DNA of 64,000 nt from a bacterium. Its GTDB lineage: Bacteria > UBA10199 > 2-02-FULL-44-16 > JAAZCA01. A program made the translations under genes and the position numbers. The notes beneath the pieces were generated by a model that saw only the letters and a program-made list of their open reading frames with translations, was not told the DNA's origin and searched no databases. Below, in pieces: positions 40,206 through 49,767 of this stretch (within the stretch, counting starts at the first letter, position 1; each line of letters begins with the position of its first letter). The DNA lies in the NCBI GenBank assembly GCA_963674695.2, contig CAXXGI010000002.1:1-64000 (forward strand), given 5' to 3'.

Positions 40206-41960
40206 ATGAGCGACGACCTCAAAAAACTCGGGTTCAAGTGCGGCGTGGAGATCCACCAGCAGCTGCTGACACAGAAGAAGCTCTTCTGCCGCTGCCCCGC
40301 GGGGCGCTATTCGCAGGAGCATCACGCCGAAGTCTTGCGCCACATGCGCCCGACGCTCTCGGAGATGGGCGTCTACGACGGCTGCGCGCTCATGGAGTTT
40401 AAGACCAAAAAGGATATCGTCTATCAGCTCAACAAGGAGAGTGTCTGCACCTATGAGATGGACGACACGCCCCCCTTTCCAATCAATGCCCAGGCGCTCG
40501 ACATCGCCATCGAGATCGCGCTCATCACCGGATGCTCCATCGTCGACGAGCTGCACATCGCGCGCAAACAGTACCTCGACGGCTCGATCCCGACGGGATT
40601 TCAGCGCACCGGGATCGTCGGCATCAATGGGAGCGTCCCCTTCGAGGGAGGCCAGATCCCGATCCGCCAGTTCTCGATCGAAGAGGATTCCTGCCGCGAG
40701 GTCAACGATTCGGGCCATCGCATCCATTTTCGTACCGATCGCCTCGGCATGCCGCTGATTGAAATCGTCACCGAACCCTGTTTTAAAACGCCCGAGGAGG
40801 CCGCGCGCGGCGTGCGCCACTTAGGGCGCCTCATGCGCGCGACCGGAGATGTCCGCCGCGGACTCGGTGCGGTGCGCCAGGACGTCAATGTCTCCATCGA
40901 TGGCGGCGCGCGCGTCGAGATCAAGGGCGTGCCGCGCTATCAGCTGATCCCAAACCTCACACGCATCGAGGCGCTGCGCCAAAAGGCGCTGCTCGGCATT
41001 CGCGAAGAGCTCATCCGCCGCGGCCTGACCAAAGAGACGCTCGAAACGAGCGAGCGCGACCTGACGGAGAGCTTTCGCAACACGCGCTCACCGATCTTGA
41101 GCGCGGCGCTCGAGCAGGGCCATCGCATCCGCGGCATCTGCATCCGTGGCATCGCCGGAATTCTGAACACGCCGACGCAGCCGGGCAGGATGTTCGCCTC
41201 GGAACTGGCCGGCCGTGTACGCGTCATCGCCTGTCTGGATGACATTCCGAACCTCTATCATACCGACAACTACCCCGAGTATCCGCGCACCCACATCGAC
41301 CGTCGCGCGATCCGGCTCGCCCTCAAACTCCGCGACGAGGACGTCGGCGTCATCGTCTGGGGTCCGGAGGCCGACACGATCACGGCGGCAAACGAGATCC
41401 GCGATCGCCTCGGCGAGGCCTTCGATGGCGTCCCGTGTGAGACGCGCCAACACCTGCGCGAGGGACTGACCGACTTCGAGCGGATTTTGCCGGGCGCGGA
41501 CCGGATGTACCCGGACACCGACCATCCGCCGGTGCGTATCACCGCCGAACGCGTCGAAAAGATTCGGGCCACCCTTCCGGAGCCGACAGCAGCGGTTGAG
41601 GCGCGTCTGCGCGCGCACGGCCTCCCCGAGGACACGATCGGCGACCTCGCACTCTCGACGCACGTCGCGCTCATCGATCGCCTGCATGCGGAAAAGTTCG
41701 ACATGAAGCTCGTGGGAAGGGTGCTGGGTCAAACCGCCCGGAGTCTCAAGCGACAGGGGATCAACATCGAGTGGATCACCGAGAAGAACTGGATCGCCTT
41801 TCTGCACCACACCGCGAAGGCCAAGACGAAACCCAAATACTTTGAAGCCGCCCTCATCGAATTCGCTGCCTCTCCAGAACGCACGATCGCTGAAATCCTG
41901 GACACCTTCGTTGAAGAGGGCCCTGCACTTCACGACAAAGAAGAACTGTCCGCAACTTGA
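40206..41960 (+). CDS. gatE: Glu-tRNA(Gln) amidotransferase subunit E (archaeal type)
   Basis: GVEIHQQL, KLFCRCP, DGSIPTGFQRT, DRLGMPLIEI, VRQDVNVSI, an AspRS-like insertion and LPGADRMYPDTD. Confidence 0.92.
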   Translation: MSDDLKKLGFKCGVEIHQQLLTQKKLFCRCPAGRYSQEHHAEVLRHMRPTLSEMGVYDGCALMEFKTKKDIVYQLNKESVCTYEMDDTPPFPINAQALDIAIEIALITGCSIVDELHIARKQYLDGSIPTGFQRTGIVGINGSVPFEGGQIPIRQFSIEEDSCREVNDSGHRIHFRTDRLGMPLIEIVTEPCFKTPEEAARGVRHLGRLMRATGDVRRGLGAVRQDVNVSIDGGARVEIKGVPRYQLIPNLTRIEALRQKALLGIREELIRRGLTKETLETSERDLTESFRNTRSPILSAALEQGHRIRGICIRGIAGILNTPTQPGRMFASELAGRVRVIACLDDIPNLYHTDNYPEYPRTHIDRRAIRLALKLRDEDVGVIVWGPEADTITAANEIRDRLGEAFDGVPCETRQHLREGLTDFERILPGADRMYPDTDHPPVRITAERVEKIRATLPEPTAAVEARLRAHGLPEDTIGDLALSTHVALIDRLHAEKFDMKLVGRVLGQTARSLKRQGINIEWITEKNWIAFLHHTAKAKTKPKYFEAALIEFAASPERTIAEILDTFVEEGPALHDKEELSAT

Positions 41961-41979
41961 ACTCCCCGTCGGCCGATAA
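41952..41979 (+). promoter_or_regulatory. Sigma28-like promoter 8, overlapping the gatE stop
   Basis: GCAACTTG-aactccccgtcg-GCCGATAA. Confidence 0.68.
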
Positions 41980-41997
41980 TCGATAGAGGATCCATTC

Positions 41998-42768
41998 ATG
42001 GGAGAGATCACCATCACGCCCGTCGGCGGCGCTACTCCGCTGACGACGCCATCGACCACAACGCCCGCCACAGCTCCGGTGGGGGGCAGCAGCATATTCG
42101 TGGTAACCGTGCTGCCGAAGAAAACCCCCTCGCCGTCACTGCCTGACGCGCGACGCTTTGGAAGCACCGCCGCCGATTACCAGCGCGATCTCGCACGCTT
42201 CAAAGAACACATCCCGACGTTCAGCCCGATCCTGCCCGGGACGAAATGCGCGCAGATCACATCCCTCTTTGGCAAACGACGGCGCAGAAAAAAAGAACGC
42301 GGCGTCGGTGGACCGCGCTGGCGTCGACACCAGGGGGTCGACTTCGCCGCGCTTCGCGGCACGCCGGTGATGGCAGCTGCATCGGGACGCGTCGCCTTTT
42401 CCGGATACAAGCGTGGCTACGGGTGGATCGTCATCATCGATCATGGGTTTGGATTTCAGTCGCGCTATGCGCATCTGAGGCGCAGGTCGAAGTGCCGGAA
42501 GGGCGCACACATCGAGCGGGGCGATCGGATCGGAGGCGTCGGAAACTCCGGACGCAGCACGGGACCGCATCTGCATTTTGAAATTCGAAAAAATGGAAAG
42601 CCGATCGATCCGATGCCGTTCGTGGGGGGCGAGGCCTTCATCACTCCTGGCCGGTCGTGGAGGAAGCTCTTCCGCGGAAAAGCAAACGGAAGATCCAAAA
42701 AAAGCCAAAGACGATCGCCACGCCGATCGCACCGGCCGAAAGCCCGGACCAAAAAGGCGACGCGATGA
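41998..42768 (+). CDS. M23 peptidase with a Thr/Pro-rich N-terminus and no signal peptide
   Basis: HQGVD, YAHL and GNSGRSTGPHLHFE. Confidence 0.88.
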   Translation: MGEITITPVGGATPLTTPSTTTPATAPVGGSSIFVVTVLPKKTPSPSLPDARRFGSTAADYQRDLARFKEHIPTFSPILPGTKCAQITSLFGKRRRRKKERGVGGPRWRRHQGVDFAALRGTPVMAAASGRVAFSGYKRGYGWIVIIDHGFGFQSRYAHLRRRSKCRKGAHIERGDRIGGVGNSGRSTGPHLHFEIRKNGKPIDPMPFVGGEAFITPGRSWRKLFRGKANGRSKKSQRRSPRRSHRPKARTKKATR

Positions 42769-42949
42769 AGGGAAGCGAATAGTCGGGCAACGGCGACGCA
42801 ATCACGGGCGCTTCCGAAGCGCTTTCAATAAATCCCGTCTGCTCGGCCACCCATTCGAGGCCGTCGGGAAAGGCGGAGGCAAACGCCGACGCGAGCGCCA
42901 CGACGGCGAGACAGATCGCGAGCGCGATGACGATCGATCGACGATTCAT
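42641..42949 (-). CDS. PDGLE-domain protein (CbiN/NikN-like)
   Basis: ASAFPDGLEWVAE, PLPDY and two transmembrane segments; ATGA-coupled to cbiM. Confidence 0.82.
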   Translation of the reverse strand: MNRRSIVIALAICLAVVALASAFASAFPDGLEWVAEQTGFIESASEAPVIASPLPDYSLPFIASPFWSGLSAGAIGVAIVFGFFWIFRLLFRGRASSTTGQE

Positions 42950-43569
42950 GTGAGCATCTCCGGTTTGACCTTCCCGATGAAGGCAACGACGAGCCAGGTG
43001 ATGATGCCTTCGCCGATGCCGATCACCGCGTGCACACCTGCCATCGCCGGAAGCGCGACGCGCAGCGGAACCGTTCCGGAGAGTGCGAGCTCCCCCGCAC
43101 ACGCGGTCGCGGCCACGACCACCGAGATCCAGGCGCCGAAGAAGACGCCGACGTGTCGCCACGCCGTGGAGCGCCCGAGGCGCGCGATGCTGGCAAAGAT
43201 CGCCCAGCCAACCCAGGTCCCGAGGATGGCCATGTTGAAGACGTTCGCCCCCAGGACGATGAGCCCTCCGTCCTGAAAGACCAGACACTGGACGATGAGC
43301 ACGACGGTGAGGATGAGCGTGGCCGCCATGGGACCGACCACAACCGCGGCGAGCACGCCGCCCATCAGGTGACCGGAGGTCCCTCCAGCGACGGGAAAGT
43401 TGAACATCTGGGCAGCGAAGATGAAGGCCGCCAGCACGCCCATGACGGGGATGAGCCGATCGGCGAAGCGCTTCTTGAGGCGCGCGATCGCCAGCGCCAG
43501 GCCGCCCGCCGAGAGCAGGGCGCACCCGCCGGAGACGGGGAGGTTTAAGAATCCATCTGGAATATGCAT
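42946..43569 (-). CDS. cbiM: Co/Ni ECF transporter S component CbiM/NikM
   Basis: MHIPDGFL metal-binding N-terminus, GTSGH, DGG and HAVIGIGEG. Confidence 0.9.
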   Translation of the reverse strand: MHIPDGFLNLPVSGGCALLSAGGLALAIARLKKRFADRLIPVMGVLAAFIFAAQMFNFPVAGGTSGHLMGGVLAAVVVGPMAATLILTVVLIVQCLVFQDGGLIVLGANVFNMAILGTWVGWAIFASIARLGRSTAWRHVGVFFGAWISVVVAATACAGELALSGTVPLRVALPAMAGVHAVIGIGEGIITWLVVAFIGKVKPEMLT

Positions 43570-43590
43570 GGGCCTCGGCTTTACGGTTGT

Positions 43591-43670
43591 GTCATCCCCG
43601 CATGATGGAAGCGGGAATCCAGCCTTGTGTCTTCCAGACTGGATCCCCGATAGAATCACTCGGGGATGAC
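43591..43670. repeat. REP-like palindrome
   Basis: GTCATCCCCG...GCGGGAATCCAG...CTGGATCCCCG...CGGGGATGAC. Confidence 0.75.
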
Positions 43671-43694
43671 CACTAAAATGAATACAGCTCCTTC

Positions 43695-45419
43695 TTACAC
43701 GACCACGATCTTCTTCGGGCGCCACTTCCCCTTTATGAGATCCATAAACCCGATGTCGTGGTTATACATATACTGCTGCGTCACGCTCATGACCGTGTTC
43801 ACGAGGATGTAGACCACCAGCCCCACCGGCAGGAAGAGCATGAAGGCGGTGAACATGACCGGCATGATCATCATCATCTTCTTCTGCGCCGGATCCGCGG
43901 AGGTCGACGGCATGAGTTTCTGCTGCGCCACCATGAAGACGCCCAGGAGAATCGGCGTGATGTAATAGGGATCGGGCGCCGAGAGGTCCTTATAGATCCA
44001 GAAGAAGGGCGCGTGATAGAGTTCGATCGAGTTCCACAAGACCTTATAGAGGGCGATGTAGATCGGGAACTGCAACAGCATCGGCAGGCATCCGCCCATC
44101 GGGTTCACCTTGTGCGCCCGAAAGAGCTGCATCGTCTCCTGGTTGAGCCGCTGCTTGTCGTCCTTGTACTTCGCCTGCAACTCCTTGAGCTTCGGCTGGA
44201 GCTGCTGCATCGCCTTCATCGACTTGAGCGACTTCTTGTTGATCGGATGGAGCAGGAGCTTGGCACAGATCGTCAGCAGGATGATGGCGATGCCGTAGTT
44301 GTGCACGATGGAGTAGAAGAATTTCAACACATAGAGGATGGGGACCGCGATGACCGTGAACCATCCATAGTCGATGGCGTCGTCGAGGTGCACGCCGATC
44401 GCCTTGAGATCGTTGATCTCCTTTGGCCCTGCATAGGCGGAGAAGGTGACCGTGCTGCTCGCCCCCGCCGGGATGACCGTCTGCGGCATGACCGCCCCGG
44501 CAAAGACCGCATGCGTCCCTGCGGGCGATCCGTCCGGCGCGGGTGCGGCGCCATATTCAGCGGCCAGACCCATGCCCTGCAGGCGCGGCACAATGACCGA
44601 GAGAAAATAACGGCTCTCCAGGCCCGACCAGAGCACCGCTCCTCCCTGTTCCGTACGCGGACCCATCTTGGCCGCATCCTTCTCGCGTTCAACATTGCCA
44701 TCCAGATAATAGAGCGGCGTCATGCTCTCGACGTTCGGCTGTTTCATGAAACCCAAGAGCCCACCGCTGCCCTGGGCGGGCAGAACCATGCCGCTCCAGG
44801 TCATCGCGGGACGCCCCCGGAGGACCCCTCCGCTGCGATTGCGTAGGACAATCCCCACCTCGACGAGATAGTTCTTCGGATCGAAGGCATAGCTCTTCTC
44901 GACCTCGAGCTCCTTCGAACGCCAGCGAAAGACCGCGCCGCTGGCCGATGATTCCACCAGCTCATACCGCGGCTTTTCCGGAAAGGCGAAGGTGGCCCCC
45001 TGAAAGGAGAGGGCGGTCGGCGCGGGGAGGTTCGGCACCTTCTGCACCAGTTCGATCAACGGACTGTTTGCATCGGTTCCCTGATGGTATCCCTTGATGC
45101 GCCAGGAGGCAGGAACGCCGCCGTCGGTCGTGAGCTCCACCTCATAGAGATCGTTTGTAATGGTGACCGTTTTAATCGGCAGGTTTGCCTGCGGATCGAT
45201 TGTCGTCGGCACCGCAGCAGCCGCTGTCGTTTCCGCCGGCGTCGTCGTGACGGCCGGTGCTGGCGCCGTCGCCGCTGCCGTTTCGGCCGCGACAGGCGCG
45301 TTCGTCACGGTGCTCGCCGGTGCGGTCGGCTCCTGTGCCGGCTTGATCACCGTGAACCAGAGGAGGAAGAATCCTGCCGACAGCGCAATGGCGAGAATGC
45401 CGCGATGTTGCGATTTCAT
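43695..45419 (-). CDS. yidC: Membrane protein insertase YidC
   Basis: YAGPK, IDYGWF, NPMGGCLPML and DLSAPDPYY. Confidence 0.96.
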   Translation of the reverse strand: MKSQHRGILAIALSAGFFLLWFTVIKPAQEPTAPASTVTNAPVAAETAAATAPAPAVTTTPAETTAAAAVPTTIDPQANLPIKTVTITNDLYEVELTTDGGVPASWRIKGYHQGTDANSPLIELVQKVPNLPAPTALSFQGATFAFPEKPRYELVESSASGAVFRWRSKELEVEKSYAFDPKNYLVEVGIVLRNRSGGVLRGRPAMTWSGMVLPAQGSGGLLGFMKQPNVESMTPLYYLDGNVEREKDAAKMGPRTEQGGAVLWSGLESRYFLSVIVPRLQGMGLAAEYGAAPAPDGSPAGTHAVFAGAVMPQTVIPAGASSTVTFSAYAGPKEINDLKAIGVHLDDAIDYGWFTVIAVPILYVLKFFYSIVHNYGIAIILLTICAKLLLHPINKKSLKSMKAMQQLQPKLKELQAKYKDDKQRLNQETMQLFRAHKVNPMGGCLPMLLQFPIYIALYKVLWNSIELYHAPFFWIYKDLSAPDPYYITPILLGVFMVAQQKLMPSTSADPAQKKMMMIMPVMFTAFMLFLPVGLVVYILVNTVMSVTQQYMYNHDIGFMDLIKGKWRPKKIVVV

Positions 45420-45426
45420 GAAAGCC

Positions 45427-45666
45427 TCATTTCGTTGGGGTTGATACCGTCGGCACCGGATCGACGCCGCCGGCATTCCAGGGGCCACACTTGACGAGCC
45501 GCGCTGCAATCAGTTGCAGTGCCCGCGACCAATAATGCGTTTCAAGCGCTTCGCGCGCATAGGCCGAACAGGTCGGATGAAAGCGACACCCACCTCCCAG
45601 CGCATGCACGACCGGCGAGAGAGCCACGCGATAAGCGTCGATCATCCAGATGAGCAATCGGTTCAT
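45427..45666 (-). CDS. yidD: Membrane protein insertion efficiency factor
   Basis: CRFHPTCSAY and KCGPWNAGGVDPVP. Confidence 0.92.
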   Translation of the reverse strand: MNRLLIWMIDAYRVALSPVVHALGGGCRFHPTCSAYAREALETHYWSRALQLIAARLVKCGPWNAGGVDPVPTVSTPTK

Positions 45667-46025
45667 GCTTTCTCCGGTGGTTTTCGCTTGGGCCTCGATG
45701 CCCATCGTGTCAGCGCGCTTTCCAGATCATGTCGAATGACGCTGTTGGGAAGCTCAGCCGCGCCGGCAAAGGGAATAACGACGCAGTCGCCCTGAGGAAA
45801 CCGATCGCGGTGGAGCCGAAAGAACTCTCGAACGACGCGCTTGAAGCGATTGCGATCGTGCGCTTTTCCCGCGCGCCGTGAAACCGCAAGCCCTAATCGT
45901 TGCGCGTCGCCCGCGAGTACCGCCACACGAAGACAACCGCTTCGCGTCGCGCGCCCCTGCTCGCGAACCGCAGCAAACTCCTCGGCACGCAGCAAGCGCG
46001 CCGACTTTGGGAATCGATGCGCCAT
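45663..46025 (-). CDS. rnpA: RNase P protein
   Basis: RLGLAVSRRAGKAHDRNRFKR. Confidence 0.92.
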   Translation of the reverse strand: MAHRFPKSARLLRAEEFAAVREQGRATRSGCLRVAVLAGDAQRLGLAVSRRAGKAHDRNRFKRVVREFFRLHRDRFPQGDCVVIPFAGAAELPNSVIRHDLESALTRWASRPKRKPPEKA

Positions 46026-46038
46026 GGAAACAGGGTCA

Positions 46039-46176
46039 TCAGTCGGCAGCGAGGCGGACGCGCCCCTTTGCGCGGCGGTTGTTGATGATCTTGCGGCCGC
46101 TCTTCGTCTTCATTCGCGCGCGAAACCCTAAGCGGCGCTTCCGTCGTCTGTTGCTTGGTTGGTAGGTACGTTTCAT
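46039..46176 (-). CDS. rpmH: 50S ribosomal protein L34
   Basis: Manual translation [45 protein letters not shown]. Confidence 0.97.
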   Translation of the reverse strand: MKRTYQPSNRRRKRRLGFRARMKTKSGRKIINNRRAKGRVRLAAD

Positions 46177-46601
46177 TTTTTCACTTCCTCTTCAGGTGAT
46201 GCCCCCGAACCCTTCATGTAGAGTCAAAAAATGACGGCTAATTGCCGTCACCGCGGGAACTTCTTCATCGTCATCGACCGTTCGCGTTTGCGGCGCACAT
46301 ACATATAATTTTTCCGCCCAGAGTCAAGGCGATTTTTCGCTTATTCCAAGACGAGTTAAACCACTTATCCACTTTTTTTTGTTTTTACCTTGCAAAGGTT
46401 CACCGCTCTCAAATAGGAACAGTTTCGTCACACGATGAAAACTTCAACACGGAATGACATGCGCCCCTTCTTTTTTCACAGCCATTCACCTTCGACGATG
46501 TCCGTCAGATCCAAAAGCGCGCATGGATCGACCAAGCAGCCCCGACGCCTCTTCCGAGTGGCCGTGGAGCTATCACACTAACGCGCGCATGGGAACCCCC
46601 G

Positions 46602-46632
46602 TTATCCACACCTGTGGGTAATGCTGTGGACT
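46602..46632. promoter_or_regulatory. DnaA boxes upstream of dnaA
   Basis: Perfect TTATCCACA at 46602, TGTGGGTAA at 46613, then TGTGGACTT; also TTATCCACT near 46365. Confidence 0.8.
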
Positions 46633-46641
46633 TTTTGACCA

Positions 46642-47979
46642 ATGGCCAACTTGCTCGAACAACTCCGCAACAATATCAAGAGTAAAATCAGCGACTTAAA
46701 CTATACAACCTGGTTTCGCCCCATCATTGACGCCAACGTCAAGGATGGTGTTTTTACGCTCGTCGTCCCCAACAAATTCGTCGCCGACTGGATCAGCGAC
46801 TACTATCAGGACCTGATTCGCCAGGAGCTCTTTCGGCTCACCGAGGCCAATTATCGCATCGGCTACCTGGTCGCGCCCGAGGCCGAAATCGAGACGCCCG
46901 AGGTTGCGCCAAAACAGACGCCCACCTCCCCGGCGATGCCGCGCGTGCGCACGGTCGACCATCTCAACCCGAAGTATGATTTCGATCGCTTCGTCGTGGG
47001 AAGTTCCAATCAGTTCGCCCATGCCGCCTGCAAGGCGGTCGCCGACCTGCCCGGCGGTCATTACAATCCGCTGTTCATCTATGGCGGCGTCGGCCTGGGA
47101 AAAACTCACCTCCTGCACGCCGTCGGACTCGGCGCGCTGGCACGTCGTCCAGAGACGCAGATCATCTATGTGAGCGCTGAGAAGTTCATGAACGAGCTGA
47201 TCAACGCTATTCGCTATGAAAAGATGCCGTCCTTTCGGCAGAAGTACCGCGATCGGTGCGAAGTGCTGCTCATCGACGACATCCAGTTTCTCGGGGGCAA
47301 GGAGCGCACGCAGGAGGAGTTCTTTCACACCTTCAACGCCCTCCATGAATCACAGCGCCAGATCGTGCTGACCAGTGACAAACTGCCGCGCGACATTAAG
47401 GGGATCGAAGAGCGGCTGCGCTCGCGCTTCGAGTGGGGGCTGATCGCCGACATCCAGGCACCCGACCTCGAGACGCGCATTGCCATCCTGCGCAAAAAGG
47501 CCGAGGCCTCAAATCTCTCCTGTCCGGACGACATGTCGATGTATCTGGCCAGCTGCATCAAGAGCAACGTCCGCGAGCTCGAGGGGAGCCTCATTCGCAT
47601 CAACGCCTTTGCCTCGCTCACCGGCGTACCCGTTTCGCTCGCACTCGCCCAGGAGATCCTGGGCAACACCATCGGGCGCACGCAGGACTTGGTCGCCACG
47701 ATCGAGTCGATCCAGAAGATGGTCGCGGGGTATTACAACGTGGGGATCTCCGATCTCAAATCGCCCCGGCGCCTCAAGGTGATCGCCTATCCGCGCCAGA
47801 TCGCCATGTACCTCTGCAAGAAACACCTCAAGACGTCATTTCCAGAGATCGGTGGAAAGTTCGGCGGGAAAGATCACACGACCGTCATGCACGCCTGCCG
47901 CAAGATCGAACGCCTACTCGCTAGCGACGCCTCCCTCCAGAACGACATCGCCCGTCTCGAAAAGAGTATTCTGCAGTAG
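46642..47979 (+). CDS. dnaA: Chromosomal replication initiator
   Basis: YNPLFIYGGVGLGKTHL, LLIDDIQF, NVRELEG and KDHTTV. Confidence 0.98.
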   Translation: MANLLEQLRNNIKSKISDLNYTTWFRPIIDANVKDGVFTLVVPNKFVADWISDYYQDLIRQELFRLTEANYRIGYLVAPEAEIETPEVAPKQTPTSPAMPRVRTVDHLNPKYDFDRFVVGSSNQFAHAACKAVADLPGGHYNPLFIYGGVGLGKTHLLHAVGLGALARRPETQIIYVSAEKFMNELINAIRYEKMPSFRQKYRDRCEVLLIDDIQFLGGKERTQEEFFHTFNALHESQRQIVLTSDKLPRDIKGIEERLRSRFEWGLIADIQAPDLETRIAILRKKAEASNLSCPDDMSMYLASCIKSNVRELEGSLIRINAFASLTGVPVSLALAQEILGNTIGRTQDLVATIESIQKMVAGYYNVGISDLKSPRRLKVIAYPRQIAMYLCKKHLKTSFPEIGGKFGGKDHTTVMHACRKIERLLASDASLQNDIARLEKSILQ

Positions 47980-48044
47980 GGTTGAGCTCGTACCAATTTA
48001 ACCCTAATTCGGCAATAATTCTAGAGCAAATCTCTTCCAGCCGT

Positions 48045-48151
48045 TGTCATCCCCGCGAAAGCGGGGATCTCGATGCTCACCGTAACATCAACCAAAGGTG
48101 GACTTTGAAAACGGAAGAAACATCGAGATTCCCGCCTGCGCGGGAATGACA
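48045..48151. repeat. REP-like palindrome nested in a larger inverted repeat
   Basis: Same family as 7470; flanked by CCCTAATTCGGCAA (about 48002) and TTGCCGGATTAGGG (about 48167). Confidence 0.8.
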
Positions 48152-48260
48152 AAACAAGGGATTCTTTTGCCGGATTAGGGCTAATTATTCCAGATGGATG
48201 TCTCCATCTCAGACTGCTGACAAAGCCTTCTCGTGCTGTCATTCTTGTAAAACCAAAGAT

Positions 48261-48331
48261 TGTCATTCCCGCGAAGACGGGAATCTCGCTTTTTGCGGTA
48301 CACCGAGATCCCCGCCTGCGCGGGGATGACA
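48261..48331. repeat. REP-like palindrome
   Basis: TGTCATTCCCGCGAAGACGGGAATCTC...GAGATCCCCGCCTGCGCGGGGATGACA. Confidence 0.85.
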
Positions 48332-48384
48332 AAAACACACGTTTGTCATCAGCCTCATCGATGCCGCTCTTTTTATTCCCCAGC

Positions 48385-48612
48385 CCTCCGGGATAACCCT
48401 GTGGACTGCTGTGAATTGCGTGTTGACACTTCGCGCCTCGGTGGATTACTTCTCATCCATCAGGGGATGAGTCGGGATAAGGTGCCTTTTTCCACATTGG
48501 CTCACGGTCGAGAAACGCTTTTGTATTCACCGTTTCCCTCACTTATCCCTGTTTCCACAGCCCCTACTACGACTACTGTTCTTTCTTTTAATAAAGAAAA
48601 AAGAACTAAAGA
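48385..48612. other. oriC: oriC unwinding region: DnaA boxes, GC spacer, DnaA-trios and AT-rich tract
   Basis: Degenerate boxes (GGATAA, TGTGGA, TTTTCCACA); then TTATCCCTGTTTCCACA-GCCC-CTACTACGACTACT and an AT-rich tract before dnaN. Confidence 0.8.
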
Positions 48613-48641
48613 AGAGAGACCAACCCCCAAGAGAGGCCTTC

Positions 48642-49754
48642 ATGGAAATCAAAATCACACGTGCGGAGATGCTCAAAGGACTGGGACTCGTTCAGGGAAT
48701 CGTCGAGCGCAAGACGACGATGCCGATCCTTTCGAACGTCCTGTTCGAAGCGAAGGATAAATCGCTCGTTCTGACGGCGACCGATCTCGAGGTGGGAATT
48801 ACCGGTGCCTATCCCGCCGACGTGATGACCGAGGGGAAGATCGCGATCCACGCCCGCAGCATCTACGATATCGTGCGCGAACTTCCCGAGGAGATGGTGC
48901 ACCTCAAGGCCGTCGATGGCAATTGGGTGGAGGTGCGATGTGGACGAAGCAAATTTCGCATCGTCGGTCTCTCGCCGGATGAATTTCCCGCACTGCCCAC
49001 GAAGGGGAAGGGGGATGTGCAGCGCATCGAGGCCAGAGCCCTTCGTGAGATGATCGAGCGCACCTCCTTTGCGATGTCCACCGACGAAACGCGGTTTAAC
49101 TTGAATGGCGCCTACCTCGATCCATCCGGAACCGGGAAAGAGGCGAAGCTGCGCATGGTGGCCACGGATGGGCATCGACTCTCGATCGTCGAGCGGCCGA
49201 TCGCGGCGAAGTGGGGGCTCAAAAAAGGCGTGCTCATTCCGCGAAAGGGCGTGCTCGAGATCAAACGTCTCCTCGACGGCGTCGAAGAGGGGATCGACCT
49301 CTGGATCGATGAGAAGCACGTGATCGCCTATCGGGACAATATCACGCTCGTGGTGCGGCTCATCGACGGGCAGTTCCCTCCCTACGAACAGGTCGTGCCG
49401 AAGGAGAGCAAGCGCATCGTCCAGGTCAGTCGCCAGGAACTCATGCGTGCGCTCAAGCGCGTCTCCGTCCTCTCTACCGATCGGACGCGCGGGGTTAAAT
49501 TCTCCATCTCGCCGAAGAATATGGATATTTACGCCTCCAATCCGGATGTCGGCGAGGCGCGCGAGGAGCTCACCGCCGACTATAAGGGCGAAGCGTTCGA
49601 GGTGGGGTTCAATGCCAAATATTTTCTCGATGCGCTCGGCAGTATCAGCGACGAGACCGCCGCGATCAGTATGGGGGATGAAACGGCCCCCTGCGTCCTG
49701 CGCAGCGAGCACGATTCCGGCTTTACGCACGTGATCATGCCGATGCGGTTATAA
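48642..49754 (+). CDS. dnaN: DNA polymerase III beta clamp
   Basis: TATDLE, DETRFNLNG, VATDGHRL and VIMPMRL. Confidence 0.97.
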   Translation: MEIKITRAEMLKGLGLVQGIVERKTTMPILSNVLFEAKDKSLVLTATDLEVGITGAYPADVMTEGKIAIHARSIYDIVRELPEEMVHLKAVDGNWVEVRCGRSKFRIVGLSPDEFPALPTKGKGDVQRIEARALREMIERTSFAMSTDETRFNLNGAYLDPSGTGKEAKLRMVATDGHRLSIVERPIAAKWGLKKGVLIPRKGVLEIKRLLDGVEEGIDLWIDEKHVIAYRDNITLVVRLIDGQFPPYEQVVPKESKRIVQVSRQELMRALKRVSVLSTDRTRGVKFSISPKNMDIYASNPDVGEAREELTADYKGEAFEVGFNAKYFLDALGSISDETAAISMGDETAPCVLRSEHDSGFTHVIMPMRL

Positions 49755-49767
49755 TAGAAACAATTTC

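Noticed and set aside
36630-41960. Annotation as plain L-asparaginase and GatB
   Set aside because: The GatD-specific N-terminal domain and SSDRPSSD motif, and the GatE-specific insertion and GxxRMYPxTD motif, indicate GatDE.
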